Shown one piece after another: positions 1 to 14,300 of a DNA stretch of 38,571 nt. The position numbers were made by a program, and so were the translations under genes. The DNA comes from Lophium mytilinum (lineage: Eukaryota). Location: NCBI GenBank assembly GCA_010093605.1, contig MU004188.1, positions 24,182 to 62,752 on the forward strand. The letters run 5' to 3'. Positions within the stretch are counted from its first letter, which is position 1, and each line of letters opens with the position of its first letter. The notes below the pieces were generated by a model. It worked only from the letters and a program-made list of their open reading frames with translations, was not told the origin of the DNA and made no database searches.

Positions 1-157
1 TATACTTACTATATATAGAGTATTTACTAATAGATTATTATACCTATATATATTAGCTTTATATAAACTATAGGGCTTATAATACTTACCTATTAAGGTC
101 TATTTTATCTATAACTTTATTTATAATCTCGCTATTACCTTTACTATTTAAGGCTAT
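1..157 (-). pseudogene. Downstream fragment of the host-element gene interrupted by element A
   Basis: Matches 37348-37504 without indels; contains a minus-strand intron GTAAGT...GCTAAT...TAG at about 44-89. Confidence 0.7.
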
Positions 158-396
158 TATTATAGTTATAGTATAGAAAGGCTTAGTAGTATAAGGTAAC
201 TAGGTTAAATTTAAGAAGTTATATAAAAAGTAGAAAGAGAGGCTTCTAGAAAGAAACTATATATATAGAGGAGAGAGGCGCGTAGGCGCTAGGCGGGCTA
301 GCGCGTAGGCGGCGCTAGGTAATGTAATAGGTATAGAGGCAGGAGGCCGGTAATAGGTAAATTATATAACTAGAGAACGGGGCGTAATCTATTATA
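158..396 (-). repeat. 3' LTR of element A
   Basis: Direct repeat of 7956-8194, same length; adjoins the polypurine tract. Confidence 0.95.
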
Positions 397-410
397 CTAC
401 CCCCCCATTT
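397..410 (-). other. Polypurine tract of element A
   Basis: CTACCCCCCCATTT on plus is a G-run followed by TAG immediately before the 3' LTR on minus. Confidence 0.85.
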
Positions 411-469
411 AAGAACGCTAGAAGGAAATAAAAAGAAAAAGGAAAAGAAAAAGAGGTTATAGGCTATAT

Positions 470-3400
470 CGGGTTTAAATATAAGGGCGTAGTTATCTAG
501 TATAGTAAATTATATAGCGTAGTTTAGCTAATTATTAGTTATATACTAGTATATAAGAAGCTAGTATACTTAAGGTATTACTTATAAGGGCTTTTCTATT
601 ATAATAGCTTAGCCTACTTTATACAGCTAAAAATTCTAATCTTATTATAGTTATTATATATAAGGTTGTAATAAACTATATAAGGCTATTAATCGCGGTA
701 TAGAGGTATAGTAAGGTAATTATATAAAGATAAGGGCGTAGGTTGGTATAGAGTAATTATAATTATAATTAGTTAGTAGTAAGGTTATTATTATTATTAA
801 GGTTATTATTATTAGTAAGGCGCGCGCGCTAATTATTATTTAGTTTAAAGTCTAGATAAGAGCCGTTGGCATTAGGGTTAAGGTTATAGAATTTACTAAT
901 TAGGTCCGCGGCTTTAGATATAAATTACTTCTATAGTTACTATTTCTATAGTATAGTATAGCCCTTATAAAGTTCTTTATATTTAAGGTAGTAGTGTTCT
1001 TTTAGTCCGCGGCCGCGCCAGCGGCTATTAATAATGCGCGTAATTAGATATTATTTAACGGACTTAGAGGTAATAGGGTTAATTACCTAAACGGGAGGTA
1101 GTAGTAGCTAGTATTAGCCTAGTAGCGGACGGGACCTATCTAGGTGGAGTAGATATAGGTAGAAGACGGAGTATATTTAAGATTCTTTAAGGCTTATATT
1201 TATAAAGTTAAGTTAAAAGGCGTAACTATTATTAATAATCTTACTAATGTAAAAAGAACTGAGGTTCTTATAATTAAGTAACTTATTTAGTTAGGTAGTC
1301 TTTATATTACGGGCGTTAAGCTAGACCTAGTTATTAACTTAGAGCTTTAGCGGAGGGTTATAGTATTAGTTTATATAGTCTACTTACTTAGTTTATACCT
1401 ATATTATTATAGCCTTATATTTATTTAGAATCTTCTTTATCTAGTTAATATATCTATTACCTTAAAGCTGCCGGCGGCGAATAGTAGTATTATTGCTAAG
1501 GTTTAGTATAGGTAGAGGTTAAGGCGCGGGTTAGGTATTATTTATAATACTAGGTAGAGGTTTAAGGCTAGAGCGCGGGTAAAAACCCTTATTAATAAAG
1601 AATAGCGTTATTATAGTAGAGGTATTAACTTAGTTATTTACTAAAAATTCGCCGATAGGTAAATAATTAACCTAATTATTTTAGCGGTAGTTAATAAATT
1701 ACCTTAGGTAAGCCTTTATAATAGTGTTTATATTTTTAGTTTAGCTATTAGTTTTAGGGTGCGCTACTATAGAAATATTTTAGTAGATACTAAGGCGCTT
1801 ATAGACTTATTTCTAAATATCTAAAATAAAATATAGGTTGTAATTACTAATAATAATGTAAGGAAGTCTATAGAGATAATAGATTTTATAGAGAAAAGTA
1901 TTAATAATATTATAGATAGAAGTACTGCTTATAGAAATATAGTAATATTCCTTACTAGCGCGGTAGATAATAACTAGAATTTTAGTATAGATTTAGCTAT
2001 TACACTTATAGGGAGGGAGCTCTATAATAAAATCTATAGTAATATTAGTCTAATGCTATTCTAGTATATTAAGTAAATGTAGAAGGCCTTATTTCTTATT
2101 ATAGAAGGCCTTTAATTATTTACAACTATAGTAGGCGCTAGTATAGTTTTTAACTAAATTGCGTATACCTAGCTAGAAGTAGTAATGTTAGATAAGTTTA
2201 TATATACTATATTTTTCCGGGTACCTACTAATAGTAGTGTTATAGGTAAGCTATAGAAGCTTAAGGCGTAAATTATTATATATAGGTATATATAATCGGC
2301 CGTAGTAATATAGTTAATTATAGCGGACTTTAAATTTTAAGATATCTAGGTTACTAACTATATTGCGTAGTAATTAAGAAAGTATATATTTACTATTATA
2401 TATAAGCGTAATAAGTTTATAGAGTATAGAGTTAAAGAGCGGTTCTTATAAGTTCTATAGTAGGCTAAAGTAGCCTTTATTAAATAGGTTAGTAAGTATA
2501 CGCTAATAGATTAGGTTAGGGTCTACGTAGAGGTTATTATTATTTACCTAGAGTAGTTTAATTATAAGAGGAGGGTTAGAGTTAAAGTTAGGGTTAGAGT
2601 TAGAGTTAGGGTTAAAGTAAGGGTTAGAGTTAATATTATTATTACGCGCGTAACTATATAGTTATACAGGTGCAAGAAGAAATTAAGAGTATATCTTTAA
2701 TAGTAGCAACTCTATAGCTATTAACGGGTCTAACTCTTTATAGTAAGGTACTAGCCCGATTAGATTTAGTATATAGCCTAGGCTATTATTAGGTAAGCTT
2801 ATTAAAACGTCTAGTAAATAAGATACTACTCTATTCTCTAGGTTATAAGATTTAAGAACCGTTTAGTATTAGAATTAATAGCGAGGATTATTTAGGTCTA
2901 TAGAAAAATCTTATAAATATTTTATAAGGCTATCTAGTTTCCCTTCTAAAACGCCTAGTTAATAGATAATTTTAAAGTTAAAACCGGCGAGAAAGCTAGC
3001 CTAGCGGGCCTGGTAATAGTTAAGGTATTTAGTTAATATAAAGTATTCTAGATTATAATAGTCTATAAGTATATTAGTAGAATTATCTAGGTTAGCGCTA
3101 GCTAATTTAGGTCTCTATTCTTTAAAGGCTTTAATAATAGTAAGTAACTTCTTATTATAGATTTTATAATTGCATTCCTAGGGGTTTATTTTAGAGGAGA
3201 AGAAGGTAATAGAATAGAGTAAGCCGTTTTTACCTTCTTATAATATAACGCTAGCAGTAATATAGTCTAAAGCGTTAGTTTTAATATAGACTTTCTTGCC
3301 GTATTAAAAGTGGTAAAGAATAGGTACTATAGTAAACGCCGTCTTAAGCGCTTAGAAAGCAGTATTATATTTATTATTCTAAGTAAACTACGCCTTAAGC

Positions 3401-5241
3401 TTAGTCTTCTTACTATCTATAGTTTTTATTATAGATATAAGTAGGCTAATAATACGCAAGAATGCGTGTATAAAATATTAATAGAAGTTAGTAAATTTTA
3501 AAAACGCCTATATATCGCGCAGGCATATTAGTATTATCTAGTTAATAATAGCGGCAACTTTCTTAGGGTCTATTTAGACGCCGCTAGTTATAATAATAAG
3601 GCCTAGGTATTTAATTTCTATCTTATTAAATTTGCACTTAGTAAAATTATAGTTAAGGCCGGCTTTATTAAGTTATTTAAAAACTTTAGCAACGTGCTTC
3701 TTATATTATTCTTTTATACTATTTATATAGACTAAGACGTTATCTATATAAGTAGAATAGAAGTTATTAAGGTAGTTATATAGCGTTTAATTAATATAGA
3801 ATTAGAAGCGGCCTAGGCCCCCTATAACACTAAATAGTATAATAAGTAATTTATATTAGCTCTAGTAAGTAGAGAAGGCTATAAGGCCTTTATCTCCCTT
3901 ACGCATTTAAATATAATTAAATGCGGATATAACGTCTAGTTTAGAGTACTACTTAGTATTACTAAGCTTTTAGAGTGTTTCTTAGACTAATAGTAATAGA
4001 TATTAAGTTTTAATTATTATTATATTAACGGCTCTATAGTTAACGCAGAATTAGACCCTACTACCCAGTTTCCGGACGAGAAGTATAGAAGAGGACGTAG
4101 ATAACTATAACTTATAAATAAATCCTTTATTAAGGTTATTATTAATCTATTTCTTAATAACTTTAAGCTCTTCTTTAGATATAGCGTACGGACGGGCTTT
4201 AGGTAGTTTATTAGCGCTAGAAATAAGATTAATTTTATAATTAATTTCTAGTTAATAAGGGGGAAGCGTATTTACTTCTACTTAGTTAAAGATATAGACG
4301 TAGCGGCATAGTTATTTAAGTAGTTATTAAACTATCTCCTTATAGAAGAGGTGCTTCTTAGCGCGCATAAACTTTTTAATATCTTTAGCAGTAATTTTAT
4401 AGACTTTAAGTAGAATATTATTGCCTATATAGAAGGTAATAACTTATAAGCTATTATAAGTAATAATAAAGTTCTTATTCTTATTTTCTAAAGTTTTAAT
4501 AATATAATAAGAAATCTATTTAAGCTTCTATTCTTTATACTTAGAGATGGCGGCTATTTATATATAGGCGTCTATGCTAATAGGTTTCTAGTCTATAAGG
4601 TTATAGTAATTATTAGGTATATTATAAAAACGCATACTATTTACCTAGATAGTAATAGAGTTATAGTTAAAATAGTATATATAGTTCTAGCATAGTTTAT
4701 AGTAAGAGTAAATAAAGTCTAGGCGGCCTACTTTCTAGTTAATAGCTAGGTTATATTCTTAGAGCTAGTTAAGTTCTATAATAATATTATAGTCTCCTAG
4801 GTTAGTAATATAAGCCTAGTAACGGCTCTAATAGCTATTTATATCTATACTAAGAAGGGCTTTATATATTACTTTTTAGGTAATAGCTAATCTATTAGCT
4901 AGTTTAAGAACTTAGGCTTTTTTAAGGGGTTTTAGAGGTAGATTTACTAGGTGCGTAAACTTAGTACTAGTAAATAAATTAGTGGCTCTATAATTAAGAT
5001 AAGAATTAATTTTTATTATTTCTATAGGTTGTCCTTTCTTATAGGTTTATACTATTGCTAAAAGAACTATATTATTTACCCGCTTAATATTAAATCCTCT
5101 ATCTTTATTTTAAAATAGTTTCTATTAAGCTTTACTAAAAGAGGCTGCTAAAATAATAAGCCTTTAGTACTAAAGGTTTTATATAACTAAGTTCTTATTA
5201 TATTATAGACCGCAACTATAGTTTATAACCTTACTTTTCCC
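470..5241 (-). pseudogene. pol: pol relic of element A (protease, RT, RNase H, integrase, chromodomain)
   Basis: Minus strand: RT YIDNV (=YVDDV) near 3735-3750; RNase H TNALDY (=TDASDY) near 3262-3280; protease LNYRAT (=LDCGAT) near 4980-5000; collinear with pol of B. 3' end approximate. Confidence 0.92.
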
Positions 5242-7540
5242 TTAGAACTCTTACCTTTAGAGTAGCTAAAGCCGCGGTTATTATTAAGGGTTTTATAGTT
5301 GTTAAAACTATTATTATCTAAAAGTTCTTTAACGCGAGTAGTATAATTATTAAGACGGGGTGCTAGAAATATATCTATCTAATAAGTAGTAAAGCCTAAT
5401 TTATTAAGTTAATTTATAGAGTAGTATAGATTTTAGGTAAAGTACTTAAGAAGATAGTAGTAGAAATACTTACCCTTCTTTATAAGTGCTTCTTTATTAC
5501 CTTCGCGGAGTTTATTAGGCGGGGCCTAGTTAGAGAGAGGCGTAATCTTAATATTCTCTTAGGTTATAGAGGCAGTAGCTATAGTTAGAGGGCGTAGAGT
5601 GTAGTTATAGTTGCGGTAATTATAGTTATAATTATTACGGTTTTAGTTATTATAATTATAACTATCGCGACTATTATAATTAAAGCCTTAGGGCTAGTTA
5701 TAATTAAAGTTACTAAAGCTACAGTTAGTAGGTTGCGCGTTCTTATTAATACTATTATTATAGAGCTATTTATATATAGTATTAATCTACTATAGGCTAG
5801 TAGTAAAGCCTTTACCTAAAATAGCGCCGGTAATAATATCTAGGCGGAGTTTCTATTTAAGGTTATAGATATTATTATAGCCTCTTTAGCCTAGAAGGTA
5901 GATTATATATAATTTTATTAGTTTCTATATATAATTAGGTATTATACTACTTATCTAGATAAGCTTATAAAGCTTATTCTTAGTAGTGCTAATTTTATTA
6001 GAGTTATTATATTAGAAGTCTAAGAATATAATAGCTTTCTAGATAGTAAGGAATAGCTAGTAGCTATCTTACTAGGTGCGGAAGCCCTTAAGGAGTATGC
6101 CCGTAAGACACTTACTAAGGTAGATAAGGCGTAAGAGTTTACTAGATTTTATAGTATAGCTACTATAGTTAACTTTATTTAGAAATCTATAATAGAACTT
6201 AGAGTACTTATCCTTATTACTTCTAAACTTATCTAGATAGAGCTAGAACTTATCTTCTATATAAGGGACGCTATTTAGAGTAATACTAAGGTTTTAATAA
6301 TCTTTAGACGTCTTAATATAGAAATCTTAGTAATAGTAACAGGGACAGCTTATATTTTATAAATATAAGCGTAAGCGTAAGTATAAGCGTTAATAAAAGT
6401 AACGCTTATAAAAGTAGTTATAATAATAAGATAGGCTATATATATAATTATAGTAATAAGGAAGGCTTTTATTATTAAATAAGGGCGGGCTAGAGTTATA
6501 GCAACCGCGTATATATTCTATAGTGCGGCGAGCTTAATTTTTATTACTTATATACTCTATAGTATAATAAAGTTAATTAATATTATAGTTGCGGCCTACT
6601 AAGAGGCTATTATTAGCTTGTGCTTCTTCTAAGTAGATTACGCTATTAAGGGAGGCGAGTAGATCTTTAGCTACTGCGGTAATAGAGTTAATAGGTAGTA
6701 GAGGAGTAATAGGGTAGTATAGACGGGGCACTATAGGGGGTATTATTATAGAGGCAGCTATAGTAGGCGCAGGTATAGAAGTATACTAAAGTATCTATAG
6801 TATTTTAATTTTATTCTCTAAAGCTATAAGGCGCGTATTATATTTATACTTATTTTTAGCTACTTAAGTAAAATTAGCTATAAGGTATTCTATAATCTTT
6901 CCTTACTCTATAAATTACTTATTAGCCTAAATATAATTCTTCTACTAGGCCTTAATATCTATATTAAGAGAAGTAATAGTCTTATTAAGAGAAGTTACTA
7001 TCTTTTTATAAGTATAGAGTTTATTTTTATATTCTTCTAGTTTAGTTTTAATATTAAGTAGGCGTTTAAGTTTCTTATATATAGCTTCTAACTTATTATT
7101 CTTTTTATTATATTCTTCTTTAAGAACTCTAATCTTATCTTAAAGGTTATACTATACTTTCTAGTTATCTTTATATATCTACTAGAGAATCTTAGTTATA
7201 GCTTAATAGCTTCTAAAAATATAGAAGAAGTAGATAGAGTTAGCTTAGACTTACGCAAGAAAGTCTTAAGAGTCCGTAATCTTAATTAAACTGTTAAACT
7301 AGTTATTACTGGGCAGAAGTAAATAATCTAGAAACTTAGTAACATTATTAATAGCGTTAAGAAACGTGCTCCGGTTGCGGCCCTAACTAGAAGTATAATA
7401 CTTAGTAATAGAGCTATAGATTATTAGGTCTAGAGTATATATAGAATTATTAATATTATTATCTTTAGTAGCGTCTTTATTCTAGGTAAGCTAATTCTCT
7501 TTCTCTTAGGTTAGCTAAGTATCGGCGCGCACTATTTAGG
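5223..7540 (-). pseudogene. gag: gag relic of element A
   Basis: Collinear with gag of B; coiled-coil-like N-terminal part, degenerate zinc knuckle near 5420-5475, ends GGA AAA GTA AGG TTA TAA. Start approximate. Confidence 0.8.
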
Positions 7541-7955
7541 TAGACTGCTAGGTATCTTCTTAGATAGACTACTAGTTTACTAGCTTTTAGAGGGGCGCAC
7601 TCTTTAGAGTCTTATAAGGAGACTTAGAGGGCGCGTAAGACTATAAATAAGATAGTAGTAGAAAGTAGAAGGCTAGTTATAAGCTACTGCGCCTAGAGCG
7701 TCTAGGTTCTATTCTAGCGCCTAGTAGAGGCGGTAGATTACTTATTATAGAGGATATAGTAATAGCGCTTAGTAATATAAAATAGTAGTAAGGTAAGATA
7801 GTATAGCTATATACCCTTTAGTATTATATATATAGTTATATAGGTACGCTTACTAGGCTATTAGATAGCTTAGTAAATAAGAATTAAGGTTTAAGAGTTA
7901 AAGTAGTAATAGTAAAAAAGAATTAGTACTAGTTAGAGTATTAGATACAACCTAA

Positions 7956-8194
7956 TATTATAGTTATAGTATAGAGAGGCTTAGTAGTATAAGGTAACTA
8001 GGTTAAATTTAAGAAGTTATATAAGAAGTAGAAAGAGAGGCTTTTAGAAAGAAACTATATATATAGAGAAGAGAGGCGCGTAGACGCTAGGCAGGCTAGC
8101 GCATAGGCGGCACTAGGTAACATAATAGGTATAGAGGTAGAAGGCTAGTAACAGGTAAATTATATAACTAGAGAATAGAGCGTAATCTATTATA
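7956..8194 (-). repeat. 5' LTR of element A
   Basis: Direct repeat of 158-396; followed on minus by TTAGGTTGTAT at the PBS position. Confidence 0.95.
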
Positions 8195-8199
8195 GCTAT

Positions 8200-11100
8200 A
8201 TTATCTACCCTACTACCTTAATTCTCTAGCGTAACTTTATTAAGTAAACCCGGTAATTTATCTATAGTATTTTACTATCCTTATATATATATACCTTCTC
8301 TACTTTTTTTAACTCTATTATCTAATACCTTATCTATATCTACACCTGCTTCTACCTTATTTTTAAGTTAGGTAAATTCCTCTTCTATAACCTTAGTTAC
8401 TAGTATTAGGTAGAGAGATAATAAGGCAGCGTACTACTCTATCTAAACCTAACTATTATTATACGCTAGTTATATAAACTAACTTATATTAGCTAGCATT
8501 TTCTTCTTATTTATTTATTCTATAGCGTCTATTCTAGAAAGTACTTCTATAGCCTTATTTTATTATACTAAGAATAATTCTACTATAATCTCTTTATTAG
8601 TTATTTATATAAGTATATAAAGTAGTAATATAGTAATAAGAGCTAGTATTTAGTATTATATTATTAGTTCTAGTTATATAGGAGTAGAAGCTGCTATAGT
8701 TTATTAAGCGCGTAAACTTGCGTATAGTATTATAGCCGTCTATAGAGTATTCTAGAGGGTAAGGATAGTATATATACCTATATATATATATAGTATAGCT
8801 ATAGATTTAAGAAATACTTTATAGAAATAGTATATAGTAGATAGAATCTAGCCTAGAGCTCTATTATTATTATTTACGGCTTACTAAGGTATCCCTACGC
8901 TAGAAGGTAGTAATAGAGAGGGTAATACCTCTCTAGTATCTAGAGATAGTAGTAATATAGGTGTATAAGAAGATAATATAGAAGATATAGATAATAGTAA
9001 CTCTAATACTACCTCTTCTACTTCTTTATCTACTTAGGCTACTTCTTTATTTACTTTACTTTCTTTAGCTACTTCTTCTTCTTCTTTAACTACTGCTCTC
9101 TTAATAGTTTATATAATAGTATACTTACTACTATTACTTTAATCTTACTCTATAGCTTCTATTAATTCTATATTACTTTAAATTTTAGGTATATATTAGG
9201 CTACTCTTAACTTACTAGAGTATATACTACTACTAGTAGACTACTAGGTATAAGAAAGTTATATTAGTTAAGTAGGTTAAGAGGTTAGAGAAGTAAGAGA
9301 ATAAGTACTACTATAAGTAGCCCGCCCTAGAGTAGAATATTAGGTGGGTTTAGTAGATAGAGAAGGAGTAGTAGAATAGATACTACTATAGGTAGACTAC
9401 TATAGAGAAGTATATTATATAGGTTATATAGGTTAGATAGATAGAAAAGAAATAGTAAAATAGGTACTACTATAAGTAGACTACTGCAGAGAAGTATATT
9501 ATATAGATTAAGTAGAGGTAGAAGATAATAATTCTTCTATTAAGACGGGTTCTACTTAAGTTTATTAGAACCTAACTATAAATACTAGAAGATTATAAAA
9601 GATATACTAATTATAAGTTATATAATAGTTTTCTCTAAAGGCTTCTAAGGTATAATTAGTTATTAAAAGGGCGTAGGCGCAGGGCGGGTAGAATAAGGGG
9701 CCCTAATATTTATACTAGAAAGACCTCTAGGGTTTTTAAAGATAATTAGAAATAGATCTAGAATAGAAGTAGAAGTAGGCTTACTAGCCTTTTCTACTGC
9801 AGCTATTTAGTCTATAGCCCTCTTCTTTTTATCTCTCTTACGTTGGTTTAAATCTACTATTAAATGTAATTTAGCTACTTTTTACTCTTTTTTATTCTAG
9901 TACTTTTAGGGGCGTTCTATACTAACTACTAGGTATAGTAGTAAGAGGGATAATAGTTTAGAATATAGAGCTAAGAAGCGGAAAGTAGTTAAAGAGTATA
10001 ATTAGTTAAAAATAAGAATTTATTAATATTCTTATTATAGGGCTTACTCTGCCTAACCTATTTTAACACCCCTTATAGATACAGCTACTTAGTTAAGATT
10101 ACTAGGGAAGGGCCCTAGTAGGAAGGCTTTCTATAGTAGCTCTATTAATTACTTTATCTATAAATATTATATAAACTATATTCTACCCTTTACTTTATAT
10201 ATTTTATTTAATGCGGCTAAAATTTCTATTATATAAGAATACTATCTAGTAGCAACCTATACTAAGGTAAGGCTATTATAATATAAAACCCTTTCTATTA
10301 TATCTATTACCCTCTATAGGTACCTACTACTAGGACTTTACCTTTTCTATAATACTTTAAATTTAATTATATATACTATATATAGTATTATAGCTCTATT
10401 ATAGTATCTTAATATCTAGGAGTTATTATATATAGTAGTAGAAGGCTACTTAATTATAGAGCTATACTCTATGCTACTAGCTACTCTCTTTTCTTACTCT
10501 CTATACCTACCTAGAGCTATAACTATAGCCTATAAAATATTTCTAAATTACTAGAATACTATTATATTATATAATAAGTAATTTTCCTTATAAATATCTT
10601 TAATTTTATATTATAGTAGTTCTATATAGCGCTAGTTAAGGTCTTTATTAAGTATAAGGCTAGTATTATACTAAACTCTTTAAGTAACTTCTATTATTTA
10701 GAATCTTACCTCTATATATAACTACTACTACTACTATAGCCTATATATTAATTCTAAGTTAATAAATTACTATTATATTATATATTATATATAATTCTTT
10801 ATATATTTCTTCTATACTATATTATAGTAGTTATATACAGTAGTAGTTATACTAATTCTTAAGTATAAGGCTATTCTTACGCTAAACCCTTTAAGTAATT
10901 TCTATCCTATGCCTACATACTCTATAGCCTCTCTATACCTACCTTAAGCTACTACTACAGCTTATAAATTAAATTAAAGTTAATAGAACGCTATTATATT
11001 ATATTCTAAGTATTATTCTTTGCATGCATACTCTATTTTATATTATAGTAGTTAAATGCGGCGGTGTAAGGTTATACTATATATAATTCTTAAAGGTTAA

Positions 11101-11300
11101 TTTTCTTTATATTAAACTTACTTCTCTCTATCTAACTCTAACCCTCTAGCCCCTATAATAGTAGTAAATAAAAAACTAGATTATCTATAGAATTCTATAA
11201 GAAGATAGTAGATATTTTACGCTACCTCTTCTTCTATATATTAGGCGATAGAATAGAGTCTATAGAAGGGGTTCTAATAAGGCGTCTATTAAAGGTACTA
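8200..11300 (-). pseudogene. Unidentified intron-containing ORF relic (Glu/Lys-rich, Ser/Thr/Pro-rich and internally repeated segments); may be the C-terminal part of the SNF2 gene
   Basis: Minus-strand codon-like runs such as AVVKEEEEVAKESKV (about 9050-9100) and RKRDKKKRA (about 9815-9845); GT-AG intron-like segments; 8200-9266 duplicated at 37505-38571. Confidence 0.55.
10460..11070. repeat. Degenerate tandem repeat, about 210-220 bp unit, at least 3 copies
   Basis: TATTATAGTAGTT recurs at 10609, 10820 and 11041; TAAGTATAAGGCTA near 10650 and 10860; CTCTCTATACCTACCT near 10498 and 10929. Confidence 0.7.
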
Positions 11301-14300
11301 AGAGGGCTAGAAGATAGAGTTAAAGTAGGTTAATAGGCAGAAGTAGAAGCTACTATAATAGTTAGCACTTAAGTAATATAATAGGCGATACTAAAGGGCC
11401 CTAGTAGAAAGGCTTCCTAAAAAGGCCCTAGAATAAATTCTTACCTATATACTTTATAAGGAATAAAGTATTATTCTTATACTCTTTACCTTTAGAGTTA
11501 TTACTATTTAGCCTACTAAAAGGGTTATTATTATCTATATTACTAAAAATAGCGGGCACTTAATATAAAGGGTTATACTTTAGCCTATATTAATAGATAA
11601 AAGGGGTATAAGCCTTTCTAGTAGTACTCTTTATAGGGGTAGGCATATTAGATTTAGTAGAATTTAAGTCTTTAACTATAATAGTAGACTTAGGGTTAAG
11701 CTTATACTTCTTAATAGTAGCCGCTAGTATAGCACTAGCTTTACGCTTCTACTTTAAAGCTTTACTATTTTATTACTCTAGCGTTTTTAGCTTTAGCTTT
11801 AGGGTGGCTTTTACTATAAAATATAGATTAGTAAAGTATAAAGAGGTAAGTAGAGCCCTAGTAGAAAGCCTTCCCGCTAGAATCTATAAGGGCAAACTTA
11901 CTACTTATAGAATAATACTTAAGCCTTAAACCTAGCTTATTAATATGCAGTTTCTTAGGCGCTCTACTTACACCCTTCTTCTACTCTTCTTCTAATTCTA
12001 ATTTAGTAAATTTATACGCTTATTCTTCTTAAAACTTATTACTAAACCTATTAGACTAAAAAGTTATATTACCTTATATAAGAGTTATTAGAAATATAAG
12101 AATATCTTATAGAAAGTTAAAGCGCTTAATATATAATTCTACTAGCATATTTAAAATATCTATTTTACCTATAATAAGGCGGGGTGTAATACTCTTATTA
12201 TTATAGGTTACCTATATATACTAGCTATCTAGGGTTAGCTTTTCCTTAGAGGTCCCCTCTACCTTAATCTAGTTAGTATTTAATATAGTAGTAAGACTAG
12301 AAAGCGCTATCTATACCTAGCGTAAGAGAGTAAAGGCATTAAATATATTCTAGATAAAGAACGCAGTTACTATAATAGTAAACTTCTAGCTAATCCTATA
12401 TAAACGCGCTATTACCTACTTCTTAATCTAAATAGAGCCTGCAGGGTTAAAAAGATATATATTATAATAAGTAGACTATAGATTAAGTCTAGCTCTATTA
12501 GTCTAGTAACTAGTAATAAGAATCTTTACTTTAGAGTTAGGGTTATTAAATAATAAGATAAGGTTATCCCGGTTAGTAGTAGAGAGATTAGAGGCTAGTA
12601 TATAAGTATCTATTTTATAATAGTTAATAATCTTAGTAAGAATTATTTACTTATCTAGGTAGTTAGTCTAGATAATAACCTTCTCTATATACTTAATAAT
12701 ATTATTAGCTAAATAGTATAGTAGTGTAGCTACTTTAGGGGTATTATAGATAAAAAGGGTAATAATATAATAAAAGGGTGCAGACTTTACTTTAAAGTCT
12801 TTCTAATTAGGGTTAGTTTAGATATTCTTATTCTAGGCAATTTACTTTATTATGCCTTGTAAAACATCTATTTCCTTTAACTAGTAACCGCTATTATTCT
12901 TAAGAGGGATAATTTTTAGGCCGTTCTTAATCTTATTACCCTCTAAATCTAAGACCTTCTCTTGCGGATATACTATTATAGCGCGCTTAAAGTAGACTAA
13001 AAATAGCGTAGTACTTATAAGATTAAGAGTATATATAGAGCATGTATTAAATATATAGGTACGCTAGCCTATACAGTTCTTAGTAGAAACTATTAATAAC
13101 TTAAGATAGCTTAGTAATTTATTAGTATAGATAATATAGCCTAGTTTTATAGGCTATAGCTTAATTACTTATATAACTAACTATAGAAGTAATCCTCTAA
13201 TTTAGATAGTAGAATTAGTAGAATTATTTAGGTATATAGAAGGGTATAAGTAAGTAATTATATACTTACTAAAAATTAAGTATAAATAAAGCCTCTATAT
13301 AATCCTAGAGAAATATTAGAAAATTAAAGTAAATAAGAGAAGAAATAAAAGCCCTAGCTAGAAGTCTTTCTACTAGGGCCCTTTATATAATAACTTACAG
13401 GTTAAATAAAGGTAGAATAAAATTTTTAAAAGCCTTACGTGTATACTAGAAAATTACACCTAAATAGTTATTAGAAAGCTTAAATAGATTATTAGTACCC
13501 GGAATAAACTTAGCTTTACCGGGTTTTAAGCGGTACGTGCGGAATTATAGATACTTATCTCTTAGTTCTATAAAAGATATATAAGTAGGTATATTAGTAA
13601 TACCTATATATAGCGGGGTTCTACTATAAAGTATAGTAAAGTCTAAGTAAAGCTATAATATAGTTAGGTAGAGGTTTACTTAGTTACTTTTAATAAGCTA
13701 GCACTTGTCTATAAATTAGACATTAAAATAGCTACTTAAGAGACTAGGCTAGGTAGAGCTTAGGCAATATTTAACCTAGTTCTTTAGCTTAGTAAGATTA
13801 TTATTACTATACTACTTTAATGCGGGCTAGGGACTATACTAACTAGCTATTACCTAATAGCTGGCGATTATAATACTCTTAGCATTCGCCTTATTTTTAG
13901 TATTAAATAAGGGATAGTCCCTAGTTAAGGTATTATATAGAAATATAGCGCTATAGAAAGTAACTTAGCCCTTTAATAAATAGATATAGAGCTTAAGTTT
14001 AAAACTAAACTATATAAGTTTATTTGCTATTTAGTATACTAAAATAGAAGGTATAAGAAAAAGAAAGAGCTTTACTAGCCCGGGGTCTTTCTTATCTATA
14101 ACTTTGCGCTGGCGCTTAGTAATAAGCTATAATTAAATTAGTAGATGCTAAGAGAAACTATTAAAGGGGTAGTAGAAAGGCTTTCTATTAATACCCTTTA
14201 AAGAGAAATTACTTATATATCTAATAAGGGTAGCTATTAAAAATGTCTTTCTAATACTAATCTTATCTATAATTAAAGCCCTACTAAGAAAGCCTTTCTA

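Larger units (their letters stand above)
158..8194 (-). mobile_element. Full-length Ty3/Gypsy chromovirus LTR retrotransposon, copy A (RIP-inactivated)
   Basis: 239-bp LTRs at 158-396 and 7956-8194. TSD GCTAT at 153-157 and 8195-8199; the empty site GCTGT is at 37500-37504. Gag-PR-RT-RH-IN-chromodomain order on the minus strand; collinear reverse complement of copy B. Confidence 0.96.

Noticed and set aside
9385..9510. Short direct repeat (GTAGACTACT...AGAGAAGTATATTATATAG x2)
   Set aside because: Probably a local duplication in a Ser/Thr/Pro-rich coding segment; too short to interpret.
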